From contig OZ024742.1 of NCBI GenBank assembly GCA_964016885.1, positions 335,296,001-335,360,000 on the forward strand: a stretch of DNA of 64,000 nucleotides, read 5' to 3'. The notes under the pieces were generated by a model. That model had not been told where the DNA came from. It did no database searches and saw nothing but the letters and a program-made list of their open reading frames with translations. The stretch is from Eledone cirrhosa (taxonomy: Eukaryota). Numbering within the stretch: the stretch's first letter is position 1; each line of letters begins with the position of its first letter. The position numbers and the translations under genes are program-made. Below are positions 11,455 to 26,114 of this stretch, one piece after another.

Positions 11455-13965
11455 CACACATACATATACATATATACACACATATATATATACATATACA
11501 CATATACATTAATAACAATAATAATAATAACAACAACAATAATAATAACGACATCAACAACACTAATAAAATACATATACATATATATATACACACACGC
11601 GCGCTTACATAAACATATCTATACACAAACACGATAGCAACTAACAGCGCTGCGATCGAATGTGGCTTTTTAGCCCAACCAATGATCTAAAATGTCTTGC
11701 ACAGAGTCGGCAACCAAAACATTCACTGGGAATAGCCGGCTGTGGTTGGAGTTCATGCACTTTTGCATGTCGCTTGAGCCCTCCTGCTGATTTACATTCT
11801 CTACCACATGTTTGGCAAGCATGATGAGTCGCATCTCCAACAGCAGCCTGGTAGTCAACCACTGGTCTTACTTTATGACTGCGAAGATGACTTTCGAGTC
11901 CAGCTTTGCTTAGGCAGAGTCTCGCACAGACGCTGCAAGTCAGCACCATAGGAGGACCCTCGCCGTCTGGAAGTGCAACAGCAATGCCCTTCCTTACATC
12001 CCGCTTAACTTTCTCGTATGCGATTCGAGATGCCTCAAAGGCAACTTTTCCCTCATATACAGTCTTTCTCCATTTATTACGATCAGCAGCAATATTTTCC
12101 CATGTATCAGCAGAGATGTTAGAGTCTTTCAAAGAGGCTTTCAAGGAATCCTTATACCTCTTTTTTGGTTTATGTGGCGGTCGTTTTCCTTTAACCAACT
12201 CTCCATAAAAGAGTTGTTTTGGTATTCTATAATCCTTCATCCTGGCAAGGTGACCACTCCAACGGAGTCGTTGCTTAAGCACAAGAGCTTCTATACTGTC
12301 ACACAGAATGCTTTCCAAAATCTCGACATCACTGATGTGGTCCCCCCAGTGAACGCCATGGATCCGTCTGAGACACATCTGATGGAAACGCTCCAATTGC
12401 TTAAGGTGGTGTCGATATGTGACCCAGGTCTCGCAGGCATAAAGAAGACAAGAGAGCACACATGCCTTGTACACCTTTACTTTTGTCCTCCTGCATATGT
12501 CTCGCCGACTCCAGAGTCGCCTTTCTAGCTTTCCGAAAGCATCACTTGCTTTCCTAATCCTAAGTGAGATTTCACTGTCAAGGTTGCTGTATCGATTGAC
12601 AGTGCTTCCCAGGTAGACAAACTGATCAACCACTCCAAGTCGTTTACCATACACATAGATATTTGGTTCACTGTACTGCCTACCAGGGGCAGGTTGGTAC
12701 ATGACGTCGGTTTTCTTGAGACTGACAGTCAATCCTAGGGCAGTGCAAGCATCAGAAAATGCATTCAAAATGTGCTGCATATCACCCTCTGTGTGCGCTA
12801 CAAGATCGCAATCATCTGCATACAAGAGGTCTCTTATGATTGATGTAAATACTTTTGTCTTTGCAGCAAAGCGCCTGATGTTAAATATGCTGCCTGAGGT
12901 TCGATAGCGGATGTAAACACCATGCTCGCAATTCCTGAATGCAATACAGAAAACCATTGCAAAGTATATGGCAAACAGGGTCGGTGCTGGAATATCACCC
13001 TGTTTCACTCCATTTTTTACTGAGATAGGCTCCGACATGTTACCCCCGACATTAACCCAAGCCTTCATGTCGTCATGGAAAGACCTAACTAAAGCAAGGA
13101 ACTTATCAGGGCAACCAAGTTCTGGAGAACCTTCCATAATGCATCTCTGTTAACAGTATCGAAAGCTTTTGTCAGATCGACAAAAACCTGATACAGATCC
13201 AAGCCTTGTTCAATGCACTTCTCCTGGAGCTGTCTAGCTGAGAAGATCATATCAGTAGTGCCGCGACCAGCACGAAAACCAGATTGACTTTCAGGAAGAA
13301 CACAATCTGCAATGTGTGTCAGCAGACGGTCCAGAAGCACCCTACATAAAACTTTCCCTACGACTGAAAGCAGTGATATACCTCTGTAGTTCCCACAATC
13401 ATTCCTGTTACCCTTTCTCTTGTACAAGACCATCATTACTGCATCTCTCCAGTCCTCAGGTACGGATTCATTAACCCATATCCTGCCAAACAAAGAGTGA
13501 AGATGTTGCAGGAGTCTCTCACCACCATATTGTAGGAGCTCAGCATGTATCCCATCCATACCTGGAGACCTTCCACTGTTCAGCTTCGAGATAGCCACTG
13601 TAACCTCCACAAGCGTCGGAGGTTCTGCGAGAGCTACTTTCACAGGACTTTTTGGAATGAGATTGATGAAATCTTCACTGACGACAGATGGCTGATTCAA
13701 AAGATCATCAAAGTGCTCTCGCCACCTTCGTAGAATTCCTTGTGAGTCACAAAGAAGTTCTTTGCCATCCTTGCTGCGAAGCGGTGTCACCAGAGAAGAA
13801 GACGGTCCATAAACCTCACGCAAGAGACTGTACAACAGGTTTGTGTTATTGAAATCTGACGCAGTTTGTATCTCACCAGCCTTCTCGCTCCACCACTGAT
13901 CCTTCATCTGAGAAAGACTCCGCCTAACACGTGATTTTACATCCTTGAATTCCTCATGCAACGTA
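11288..13965 (-). mobile_element. 5'-truncated RTE-clade LINE whose 3'UTR is split by a ~300-bp TA-rich insert
   Basis: RT coding sequence at 13965-11641. The 3'UTR fragments ACGATAGCAA (11631) and GGCCATTGCAC (about 11318-11328) rejoin into the same terminus seen intact at 14022-14063. (CAT)/(CATA) tail. Confidence 0.85.
11641..13965 (-). pseudogene. RTE reverse transcriptase with three C-terminal C2H2-like zinc fingers, one frameshift near 13128
   Basis: ORFs 13089..14060 and 11641..13137 join at WKVLQ/(K)LGCPDKF. Motifs NYRGISLLS, QSGFRAGR, FVDLTKAFDTV, GVKQG, YADD, LLYACETW, RLRWSGH. Fingers CSVC..HLRSH, CQTC..HAKVH, CRLC..HIRSQRC. Confidence 0.93.
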
Positions 13966-14021
13966 TTATATACATACATACAACGTATTATTATACATAC
14001 ATACATACGTACATACATACA

Positions 14022-14152
14022 TGATGGCTGCCCCCTCGTTATCAAGTATGGCCATTGCACGATATAACATTATTAATAATTATTAATTAATGCTATCGTG
14101 CAATGCCTGTGCGTGAAGATTTTTTAAAAAGTGATGAAAGACTGTGCACTAA
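14022..14152 (-). mobile_element. Short RTE-dependent element sharing the RTE 3' terminus
   Basis: GATGGCTGCCCCCTCGTTATCAAGTATGGCCATTGCAC matches 11290-11328. The GCAATGCCTGTGCGTGAAG motif is shared with the bipartite family. A related piece lies at about 15922-16190. Confidence 0.6.
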
Positions 14153-14208
14153 CATACATACACACCTACATATATACACACATAGACACTCACATACATA
14201 CACATACA

Positions 14209-15914
<1,706 letters not shown>

Positions 15915-16320
15915 CACATACATGATGGCTGCAAACTCTGCTAAGAATATTGCAATCGCTTGTCAGATTACAGAAAATGGTGCACCTTTAGGCTACGGCC
16001 AGCCACAGGAACCTATAACAGATCCTGAACAAGTAATACCTGTGCCTTGAAGGATTTTTAAGTGGGGAAAGGCCTTGCACTTGACCAATCATACTCTCTG
16101 ACCATCGAAAACGCTACTCAAAAAGGAGAACTGGTCAACATCATCAGATGCTTCCGAAACCAACAACTCAGGGCCTTTCACTCCCAGGTGAAAAAAAAAC
16201 AAAAAACATACACATACATAAATACATACATAACATAACATATACATGATATTGAGTATGTCCTTACGTTCCAACACAATGAATATTGGTAGAACACAGC
16301 AAAAAATAACAAATGGCAAT

Positions 16321-16545
16321 GGATTGGCAGAGTCGTTTGAGCGTCGAACAAATGCGGTGTAGTATTTTTCCGGCTCTATACGTTCCGTGTTATATCACAC
16401 CGAGATCAATTTTGCATTTTATTCTTTCCGAGTCAGTAAAATAAAGTACTATTCACGTACTAGTGTCGATTTACTCGACTCCACATACCCCGCCTTCCGC
16501 AAAAAATAACTGCTCACCTTGGGCCTTGAGTAGAAATCATTAAGA
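16321..16545 (+). mobile_element. tRNA-derived SINE (degenerate)
   Basis: A-box-like TGGCAGAGTCG head and a body homologous to the 61394 copy. Confidence 0.7.
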
Positions 16546-16566
16546 TATGTTTCAAACATTAAGCTA

Positions 16567-16790
16567 ATAATGATTTCTGATTTAGACACAAGGCCAGCAA
16601 TTTTTGGGGGAAGGGGAAAGTCGATTAAATCGACCCAAATACGTTACTGGTGCTATATTTTATCGACTCCGTGGGGATGAAAAGGCAAAGTAACCTCGGC
16701 GTGATATGAACTCAGAATGTAAAGAGTGGTAACTCTATGCAGCAAAGCATAGCGTCCGATGCTCTACCGATGCTGCCAATCCACCTCCCT
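16567..16790 (-). mobile_element. tRNA-derived SINE
   Basis: Reverse complement of the family consensus (GGATTGGCAG...GAGTTCA...TTGCCTTTTCATCC...GTCGATAAAAT...TTGCTGGCCTTGTG...ATTATT). Confidence 0.8.
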
Positions 16791-17328
16791 TAAACTAAAT
16801 CAGAGAACGTTAGTTATATTACTAAATCCCTCCAAATTCTTTATTTTCAAAATTATTTGAAAATTATGAATAATGTCTTTCATTAGAATAAGATAGCGAA
16901 AAAATTACCCACCTAACTTTGTTTTGAATTCAAATACACCCGAGGTTGTCATTACCTATAAAGTAAAGTACGAATCAAGTACTATGTTCCATAAGATAGA
17001 ATATAACTCTCTCCAAAGATTGAACTTTTGTACTTAGGTTAGAAATCAATGAGAAAAAGGTGAGGGACTTGGGGCTGTGTGTGACTATGGTATATAATGG
17101 AATGTCATAAATTGTGATTGTGGCAATAGTTTGATGACGCATATAGTGGTGGTGGGTTGGTGGTGGAGATGGTGGTGGTGGTGGTGGTGGTTGTTGTGAT
17201 TATGGTGGTGGTGGTGATGGTTGTGGTGGTGATGGTGATAAGGAAGTAGTAAATATATGCGTATTGAGGTGTGAAGTGTTGCTGTTGATTAAGGATGTAG
17301 TAGTGGTAGTAGTAGTAGCAGTAGCAGC

Positions 17329-17375
<47 letters not shown>

Positions 17376-17710
17376 ATCATGGGGAGGCTGTTATAGATAA
17401 ATAAAGAGAAAGAGAGAGAGAGGGAAAGTGATGTCACGTGTCAGCTGAAGCGAATCTTTAAGGGAATCTATTATATCGATGTCTAAATAACAACTCAAAC
17501 TGACTAAATATACCCTACAATACACACATACGCACACACACGCACGCACACACACACACACACACATATATAGAAGGAGAGAGGGGGCGAGAGAGAGGAA
17601 GGATAGAAATATATACACACATCTTCACCTACACATACATACGTACATACATGCATACATTCGTACATGCATACTTACATACATTCACCCATACATACTA
17701 AATACATACA

Positions 17711-17744
<34 letters not shown>

Positions 17745-18613
17745 CATACGTACGTACATACATACTTACATATATTCATACATACATACATGCGTACATA
17801 CATACATACATACATACATACATACATACATACATACATACATAGAAGCAACTGAGTGAAAGAAAGTAAAACATCTCCCCCTTCCCTTACAACACAATGC
17901 ACACACATATACACACACATACACGCATGCAGTCAAATACTCACCCACATACATGGATACACACACACACACAGATGCATACAGAAGCAACTTACGTGGA
18001 AATGACAAGTATCTTTCCCCTCTTTGCCTCACCACCACCACCACCACCATCAAGTCCAATTTTCAGCTATGCTTCCATCCTTACTCCTTTACATCGACAC
18101 ACAAATATTCCTTATTATAATTCAGAGCAATCCCTACTAAATCTTTTATATCCATATTGAAAAGGCTTCGTGAAACGTAAGACTTTGTTGTGTGAAACGT
18201 AAGGCTTCGGTGTGTGAAACTTTTTAACAACTTCCGCAGTCATCTACGGCACGGCTCTCTTAATGAACCGTAACCGATAAATATCAACGAATGCCAACGT
18301 TGCCATTATTTACAGAACTTATTGCAGCCATGAATTCTTTGCAATGTCTTGTTCCCATGCTCACCCCCCAGGTCATACCTCTTTACAGTTTCAAAATGGC
18401 GAACTTTTCTTCCGAGACAGTTTTAAACGCGTTTCTTTGCTGACAGCCTAATTTCGTTCTTCAGTATGTCTTGGCGATATAAAATATTTGAATATTAGTC
18501 AGCCAGATATATTAATATACTCACAATAAGATATATATGATAGTATGTATGCATGAACATGTGTATGTTTGTCTGCGCATAATCCGTTATAGTTGTATGT
18601 TTATGCGTATATG

Positions 18614-18719
<106 letters not shown>

Positions 18720-18814
18720 TATATATATATTTATATATAGATACATATATATATATGAGTTCATGTATATGTATATTTATATACATACATACATATATAT
18801 ACATATATACACAC

Positions 18815-18867
<53 letters not shown>

Positions 18868-19132
18868 TATGTGATTCAGTGAATTACGAGCACACAATGC
18901 ACAGGCAGAGTGTGTATATTAAGAAGAACGATGAAGTTTCGTTTACAGGTATTTAGTTTGTTTGTTTTGTGTGTGTATCGACTTGTTGCGCGTGTTTCTC
19001 AGCCAATTATCTGCGAAACGCACGTAATAGGTCGATACACAATAAAAAAAATACTCTATTGTTCATATTTATATATATATATATGTGTGTGTGTGTGTAT
19101 ATATATATATGTATATATGTATATATTCTATT

Positions 19133-19510
19133 CTAGGGCGGGTAAAATTCCCGAGATCCATGGACGAGTTCTATCCAGCGGTCTCTGTCCCTCATTATCG
19201 CTGCCATGTCCAACAGACCAGTGTCTGTCCTGAGGGCATCAACATACGTTAACCTTGGTCTTGCTCTTCCAGTGTGTCCATGTAGGGGCTCCCACAGGAG
19301 CACTGAGTGCAATGTCAACTCTGAATGTCGGTGTCATGTCCAGCTAACCTCAGTCTCCTCTGTGTCACTTTTGATCTGACTTTTGGGAGGCTCTCATACA
19401 GCTCTGAGTTTTTCATCCTCAGTGTATACTGATTAATATTCAGAGCCATCCTCGGCATTCTCGTGTAGCACCCATCCACCATCTGAGTGAGTTTCTTGGT
19501 CAGTGTCCAC
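19133..19510 (-). mobile_element. 3' fragment of a second RTE-clade LINE family
   Basis: [18 protein letters not shown]...RRLRLAGH...[10 protein letters not shown]...DRDRW. Homologous to 29144-29617. Confidence 0.85.
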
Positions 19511-19604
19511 ATAACATAAATACTTTTCGATAACCTTAATTTATTTTTATTTTTGAATGGAATTTAATGTCATGAAAAAGTAATAATATTTACCTGTTAC
19601 ATTA

Positions 19605-19663
<59 letters not shown>

Positions 19664-19683
19664 GGTGTGTGTGTGCGGGTGGG

Positions 19684-19718
<35 letters not shown>

Positions 19719-19937
19719 GTTTGTGTGTGAATACACACACACACATATATATATATATATATGGATAAAATCCTTTTTTTAATGCTTACCTGTGTTTTCT
19801 CTTTTATCCTTTACACTCCAAGATTGAACGTGATTCTTACAAACTTGTGGAGTTACCCCTAACCGTACGTTGAAACCGTCCATGAAACTGACTGTCTTAA
19901 CCACGAACTGGATTACAATAAGCAATTTTCTGCTTCC

Positions 19938-19980
<43 letters not shown>

Positions 19981-20078
19981 AAACATAAATACTTTTCCAT
20001 TACCTTAATTTATTTTTATTTTTACATGAAATTTAATATCATGGAAAAGTAATAATATTTACCTGTTACATTAATATA

Positions 20079-20152
<74 letters not shown>

Positions 20153-20262
20153 GAAAATAGATTAGCTTTCACCGTATTTTTTACTAAAGAAATTTTAGCC
20201 TGATAATGGGGTTTAGAACCCTCAGATAAATGGAAAAAGACGAGCATTGACGTTTACTTGTC

Positions 20263-20293
<31 letters not shown>

Positions 20294-20413
20294 TTAGTTA
20301 ATCAAAACAAAACCACAAATTTTACAAGTTATTTAAAGAGTGTTAACAAATTCACCAATCTCTCTTCTCTCCTATCTCCATATCACTCTTTAAGATTGGT
20401 TTACTCTTGAACC

Positions 20414-20461
<48 letters not shown>

Positions 20462-20714
20462 CTTATGGCATAACACCTAAGGAAACAAGCCCATACTTCA
20501 GGATTACGGTTGAGATTTTTGGCAAGCAACCTTCTTCGCGTGTATTAACTAAGAGCACTAATTTCCTTCTTCCTTCTAACCACATTTCATTCGCTATACT
20601 CGGAATCCCTTTCTTCAAACTTACATGCATTCTTCGTCGAGCACTCTATCATGTGTACATAAATATCGGTTGATTAACTAACATAAAACATACCAAATAT
20701 ATATATATATATAT

Positions 20715-20752
<38 letters not shown>

Positions 20753-20754
20753 CA

Positions 20755-21168
20755 TATATAAAACTTTGATAACTTTGATAACTCTGATAGGTTTCGGCCG
20801 GTATTGGCCCAGGCCATGTCTAACTTAATAGTACCAACTGGCGAAGTCTTTCAAATCAGGATTTGGACACCATGGCTCTCTCAAGTAGACAGTTATTATT
20901 TAGGGAGACATATCCGGGTGTAGGAGGTTTATCCGAGATTTCTTGAAGGAATTTTTCCAAAGTCGTCTTGAACTTTATGGGGTTTGTTTCTTAATGTGTT
21001 TTTGGTGTAATGTTAAAGAGAGCGGGGCCAATTGAGGTGAAATAATTGTGCCGTATTGTTGTTATGAGATACGAGTGTGCTTTTTGTTGTGGGCGGATAA
21101 CACGAGGCCCAAGCCTGGGGTGTAGTTTAAAGGTGATGCAAACATTATTTGGGCAATGCTGATGATGT
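20755..21168 (-). mobile_element. 3' fragment of a CR1/L2-group LINE with a (GTTATCAAA)n tail
   Basis: Minus-strand translation HPRLGPR...NYFTSIGPALFNITPKHI...FKTTLEKFL...DKPPTPGY..NNCLLE resembles invertebrate CR1/L2-group C-termini. Short tandem 9-mer tail at about 20762-20790. Confidence 0.65.
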
Positions 21169-21510
21169 TGGCATTACTTTTAAGGTACACGCAAGGCTTG
21201 GGCCCCGTGCTAACCGTCCACAACAAAAATCACACTGTGTTTGCATAAAATTATTTCGATAGATTTATTTCCAATACATGCATACACACATAATTACGCA
21301 TGTATGTATGTATGTGTATGTATTGGAAATAAGTATATCTATGTAATTAAATGCAAACACACATACACACATACATACATAGACAAATTTAAACAAACTC
21401 AAAATATATATCTGTGTATATATGTGGATATATGTGTATATGTATGGAAATTAATGAAACTGTTAAAAAGAAACTTTCATCGATCAATCTCTCTTTCTCT
21501 CCCTCTCTCC

Positions 21511-21546
<36 letters not shown>

Positions 21547-21785
21547 CTGCTCTCTCCGGCTCTCCCTTTCTCCCTCTCTCTTTTTCGCTTTCCCTTTCTC
21601 CCTCCCTCTTTCTCCCTCTCTCTTTCCTACTCTTTCTCTCTATCTATCTCCTTCTGTATATATATACACGTGTGTATAATGGTAACTATGGTGCTTCCAT
21701 AGGTGGTATGCCAAAATTAGCACTCAATATTCTTACAGAGCAGAGTGTGAATAGTATAAAAAACGAAAAATCAGTGATGCATCTG

Positions 21786-21828
<43 letters not shown>

Positions 21829-21869
21829 TTCAAAATATTAACAAAATAGATATTCTTGTGATCAAGTAT

Positions 21870-21934
21870 ATTTTATTATATATATTTCAGAGGTACTGAG
21901 TTAACTTCAACAGTACGTCCTCATCAGATAAAAT
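21870..21934 (-). ncRNA. Minimal type-I hammerhead ribozyme motif
   Basis: Reverse complement reads TTTTAT-CTGATGA-stem II (GTACTG/CAGTAC)-GAAA-TATATA-TA-ATAAAAT. Confidence 0.72.
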
Positions 21935-22073
21935 AAGATGATGCATGACATACCCTGACATAGTAGATGGTTAAGATTCAGTCATGGTAGTGACTGAATC
22001 TTAACCATGACTGAATCTTACCATAACTGAATCTTAACCATCTACTATGTCAGGGTATGTCATGCATCATCTT

Positions 22074-22138
22074 ATTTTATCTGATGAGGACGTACTGTTG
22101 AAGTTAACTCAGTACCTCTGAAATATGTATAATAAAAT
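22074..22138 (+). ncRNA. Minimal type-I hammerhead ribozyme motif
   Basis: Stem I ATTTTAT/ATAAAAT, CTGATGA at 22081-22087, stem II, GAAA at 22120-22123, short stem III, AUA cleavage triplet. Confidence 0.75.
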
Positions 22139-22529
22139 ATACTTGATCACAAGAATATCTATTTTGTTAATATTTTGAATTAATATTAATAACTCTAGAA
22201 AAGAAATACTGTTGAGTGCTTCCAATCTATTGTAAAACTCATTCTTTGATTTATTCATTGAACCTTGTTTAACTTTTAAATATATATATATATATCTCCC
22301 TCTCACTCACCTTCTCTTTCTCTCCTTCTCTATCTCTCTCTCTCGCTCTTACAAATTGGTCGAATTTTTATTTTCTATTAGGTTTCAGTTGTCGTTTTTT
22401 ATTGTTTTTACTATTCTTGTTGTTGTTGCTGTTGTTCCTACTTTTACTGCAAACTTGTTGATATTGGTATTGTTGTTGTTGATAATGTTGTTGATGTTTA
22501 GCTGCTGCTGTTTTTGTCGCTATTGTTGT

Positions 22530-23040
22530 TGTGGCTGTTGTTATAGTGTTGTTATTGTTGTTGTGGCTGTTGTTATAGTGTTGTTATTGTTGCTGTGGCT
22601 GTTGTTATAGTGTTGTTATTGTTGTTGTGGCTGTTGTTATAGTGTTGTTATTGTTGTTGTGGCTGTTGTTATAGTGTTGTTATTGTTGTTGTGGCTGTTG
22701 TTATAGTGTTGTTATTGTTGCTGTGGCTGTTGTTATAGTGTTGCTATTGTTGTTGTGGCTGTTGTTATAGTGTTGTTATTGTTGTTGTGGCTGTTGTTAT
22801 AGTGTTGTTATTGTTGCTGTGGCTGTTGTTATAGTGTTGTTATTGTTGTTGTGGCTGTTGTTATAGTGTTGTTATTGTTGTTGTTGCTGTTGTTATAGTG
22901 TTGCTATTGTTGTTGTGGCTGTTGTTATAGTGTTGCTATTGTTGCTGTGGCTGTTGTTATAGTGTTGTTATTGTTGTTGTTGCTGTTGTTATAGTGTTGC
23001 TATTGTTGTTGTGGTTGTTGTTATAGTGTTGCTATTGTTG
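22530..23040. repeat. 30-bp minisatellite (GTTGTTATTGTTGYTGTGGCTGTTGTTATA)n
   Basis: Directly visible tandem array of about 16-17 units. Confidence 0.93.
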
Positions 23041-23814
23041 TTGCTATTGTTGTTGTGGTTGTTATTGTTGTTTTATTGTTGCTGTAGTTGTTATTGTTGC
23101 TATTGTTGTTGTTGCTACTAGTTGTATTGGTGTTGCTGTTGTTTGTTGTGATGTAGTTGTTAATGCTGTTCCTTTTGCTTGTAGTGATGGTGTTCGTTGT
23201 TCTTTTGGCTGATGTTTGTAGTTCTTGTTTTAGCCAGCGGGGTTGTTGTTGTTGTTGTTCTAATGAGAGGTGTTTGTTGTTGAATGTTAGCGTTGTACTA
23301 TTTTAAAATATCGTCTGCAACAAACAAAATATAAAAACTATATTTTTAATATAATTTTAAAATTTGTCACTTTTTTTTTACTTCAACCGTATTTAAATTT
23401 TTAAAATAGGAAAAATTAAAATTAAAGAAAATATTGTTCATGAAAATATTTCAGAAAAGTGTTGTTGTTATTGTTGATGTTGTCAGCGGTGTAATTGCTG
23501 TAGTTTTTTAATGTAAATTTTTAGAATTTTCCTGAGGTTTTCATTTGTTGATGTGTGAAAGAGTTTCTGTTGGCATGATAAGTTCTCAATAGTTTGTAAC
23601 TCACTAAACCTCTATATTTGGACAGAGGCATTAAAGAAGCTAAAAACGTGTCCTTGTGGGAGTCGTGAAGACGTTGTTGTGATATAATGTTATTTTGGCA
23701 TTCAAACCTCACGGAGGCTAACCCTTCTGAACACAAATGATTTCTTCTAGAGAATGAGAAAGAACACAGAGGAAGAAACGGCTCCAGTACTTGAGCAGGA
23801 ACTATATCTGTCGA

Positions 23815-24275
23815 CTCCAAAAGAATGAAGGCAAAGTTGACGTCAGTAGTGTTTGAGTTTAGAATCCAGAGAACTGAATTGGCAGTATCGGTAGGGCATC
23901 AGATACCATGCTTTGCAGCCCTTTACATTCTGAGTTCACATCCCGCCGAGGTTAACTTTGCCTTTCATCCTTACAGGGTCGATAAAAAAAAGCACCAGTA
24001 ATGCACTGGGGTAATTGCTGGCCTTGTGCTAAAGGTAGAAACAATTATATCCGACGTTCTAACGACTCTGCCAATTTGCTGTCGAACGTCGGACACCCTG
24101 CTCGTGACAGAGTCATGGCCCTTTACGTTCTGGGTTCAAATCCCGCTGCGGTTAGCTTTGCCTTTCATCCTTACGGGCTCGATAAAATAAAGTACCAGTA
24201 ACATGCTAGTGTCGATTTAATCGACTTTCCTCTCCCCAAAAATTGCTAACCTCGTGCCGAAATCAAAAATCATTA
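23815..24275. mobile_element. Cluster of nested or partial tRNA-derived SINEs
   Basis: Plus-strand copies at about 23878-24050 and 24117-24275, each with a B-box (GAGTTCACATCC / GGTTCAAATCC) and the TTTGCCTTTCATCCTT..GTCGATAAAA body. Minus-strand fragments lie around them. Confidence 0.75.
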
Positions 24276-25084
24276 TTGAAATACCAGTACCATGTGGTGT
24301 GGTAGTTGGTGTGGTGTAGTTTGGTGTAATGTGGCATAGTGTGGTGCGATGTGATGTAGTGTGGGTTGTTTGGTATAGTAGTTTGGTGTGGTGTGATGGT
24401 TGTGGTGACGTGATAGTTGTTGTGATGTGGTAGTTTGATGTGGTGTGGTTATCGGTGTGGTGTAATGTGGTAGCGTGTGGTGTGATATTATGTGGTATGG
24501 CTTGTGTAGTCTGGTTGTTTGGTGAGGTAGTTTGGTTTTAGTGTGAAGTGGTGTCGTGTCGTGTGTTGTTGTAGTTGGTATCATGTGATGTGAGGTGATA
24601 GTTGGTGTAGAATGGCGTCGTCATCCTCCACCTTCGATATCATCATCGTCATCATCGTCATCATCATCATCACCATCATCATTACCATCCTTATCCTCAT
24701 CATTACTATCCTCCTCCTCATCATCATCATCATCATCATGACCCTCAACATCATCATCATCACCATCCTCTTCCGCATCATCATCATCACCACTTCTTTT
24801 GGTGGAAGTCCTTTTGTCCGAAACGTCAGTCCTTTTCAACTGCTAGCGACAAACAAACCTATACTGTCTCTAAGATCTTATTACTTCCCTTGTTGGTGCA
24901 GACCGTCCACAGTTTATTCGCATTCTCGATTTCTCTTTGTTTGCCCTCCTATCGAGGTATCCATTCTTGGTTCAATTCCTGCGGGGTATCGAGTCCTTTA
25001 TACTTCTGGGATCAATAATCAATGGAGGTTCATTTAATCGATTGTTCATTCTCTCCCACACTATTTCACACGCATACAGATTCC

Positions 25085-25131
<47 letters not shown>

Positions 25132-25421
25132 TTGTTTTCTTCAAATTTGCTACTTATTTCATCTGTTTCTTGTTGTCGAACCACTAAGTTACGATACACT
25201 CACAAAGTCAGGGAGACAAACATAAACATGGACACGGACACATACACACACACACATTCATAATTGTTTCTACATTTGGTACAAGGCCAGCAATTACCCA
25301 GTGTATTACTGGTACTATATTTCGACCACGTAAGGATGAAAGGCAACATACATAATGCATACATACATACATACATACATACATACATACATACATACAT
25401 ACATACATACATACATACATA

Positions 25422-26036
25422 CATGGTGGCTGCCAACTCGTTTTCGAGTACGGCCACTACTTTATATCCATGTAGGAGAACCCCTACCGATGCGCTGAAC
25501 GAGTGTGACTTTTTAGTCCAGCCAGCAACTTGAAAACTCTGGTACAAACACTACACTTGTGACAATTATTGACACATAGTGCTGGGCACATCGTACCATG
25601 TGACGACAAGTGCAGAGAGATCTCCAGATATAAAGCAATGCCTGTGCCGTGAAGCTTTTATAGTGAGCAAAGGCACTGCACAAAGCCAGTCCCACTCTCT
25701 TAACCAAGATAATATTTACCAAAAAGAAGAACAAGTCAATATCATTGGATACCATCAGGGTTGCAGGTGTTATATCAGAGTTTTCCTTCTCCTAGAATTC
25801 TGGCCTGACAAAGGCTAACGGGTCATCTCTCCCGGTGATTTTGGATGGCCATTGACTCTTAAGAGCTCCTTAGCCCTTTGACAGGTTTTGTTTTTAGTCC
25901 TGCAGGATGTCCAAAGTCACCCTCCTCACCAAGAAACCTTGGTGGGGTTGCCAGTTCAGTCGCCAACGACCCGACCATGAGACAGGTTGTACTGGGATAC
26001 ATGTTACCAGTAGCACCAACTGGTGACCTGACAGTC
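25422..26036 (-). mobile_element. Bipartite RTE-derived element, longest copy B (about 615 bp)
   Basis: RTE-type 5'UTR motif CTAGGAGAAGGAAAACTCTGA joined to a zinc-finger-coding 3' remnant and a CTCG-AAAA-CGAG stem-loop. (CATA)n on both sides. Confidence 0.88.
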
Positions 26037-26114
26037 ATACATACATACATACATACATACATACATACATACATACATACATACATACATACATACATAC
26101 ATACATACATACAT

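Larger units (their letters stand above)
21822..22186. repeat. About 365-bp near-perfect palindrome (pLTR-like arms, each with a hammerhead motif)
   Basis: Arm 21822-21988 is the reverse complement of about 22021-22186. The centre holds tandem TGACTGAATCTTAACCA units. Confidence 0.93.

Noticed and set aside
18330-18470. Possible pogo/Tigger N-terminal HTH relic on the minus strand
   Set aside because: Needs several frameshifts and stops, so it is too degenerate to call.
22530-23040. 30-bp periodic array as a possible CRISPR
   Set aside because: Contiguous tandem units with no unique spacers, no cas genes and a eukaryotic context.
23521-23820. Unique-looking 99-aa ORF as a host exon
   Set aside because: No recognisable domain or convincing splice sites. 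It cannot be excluded without RNA-seq.
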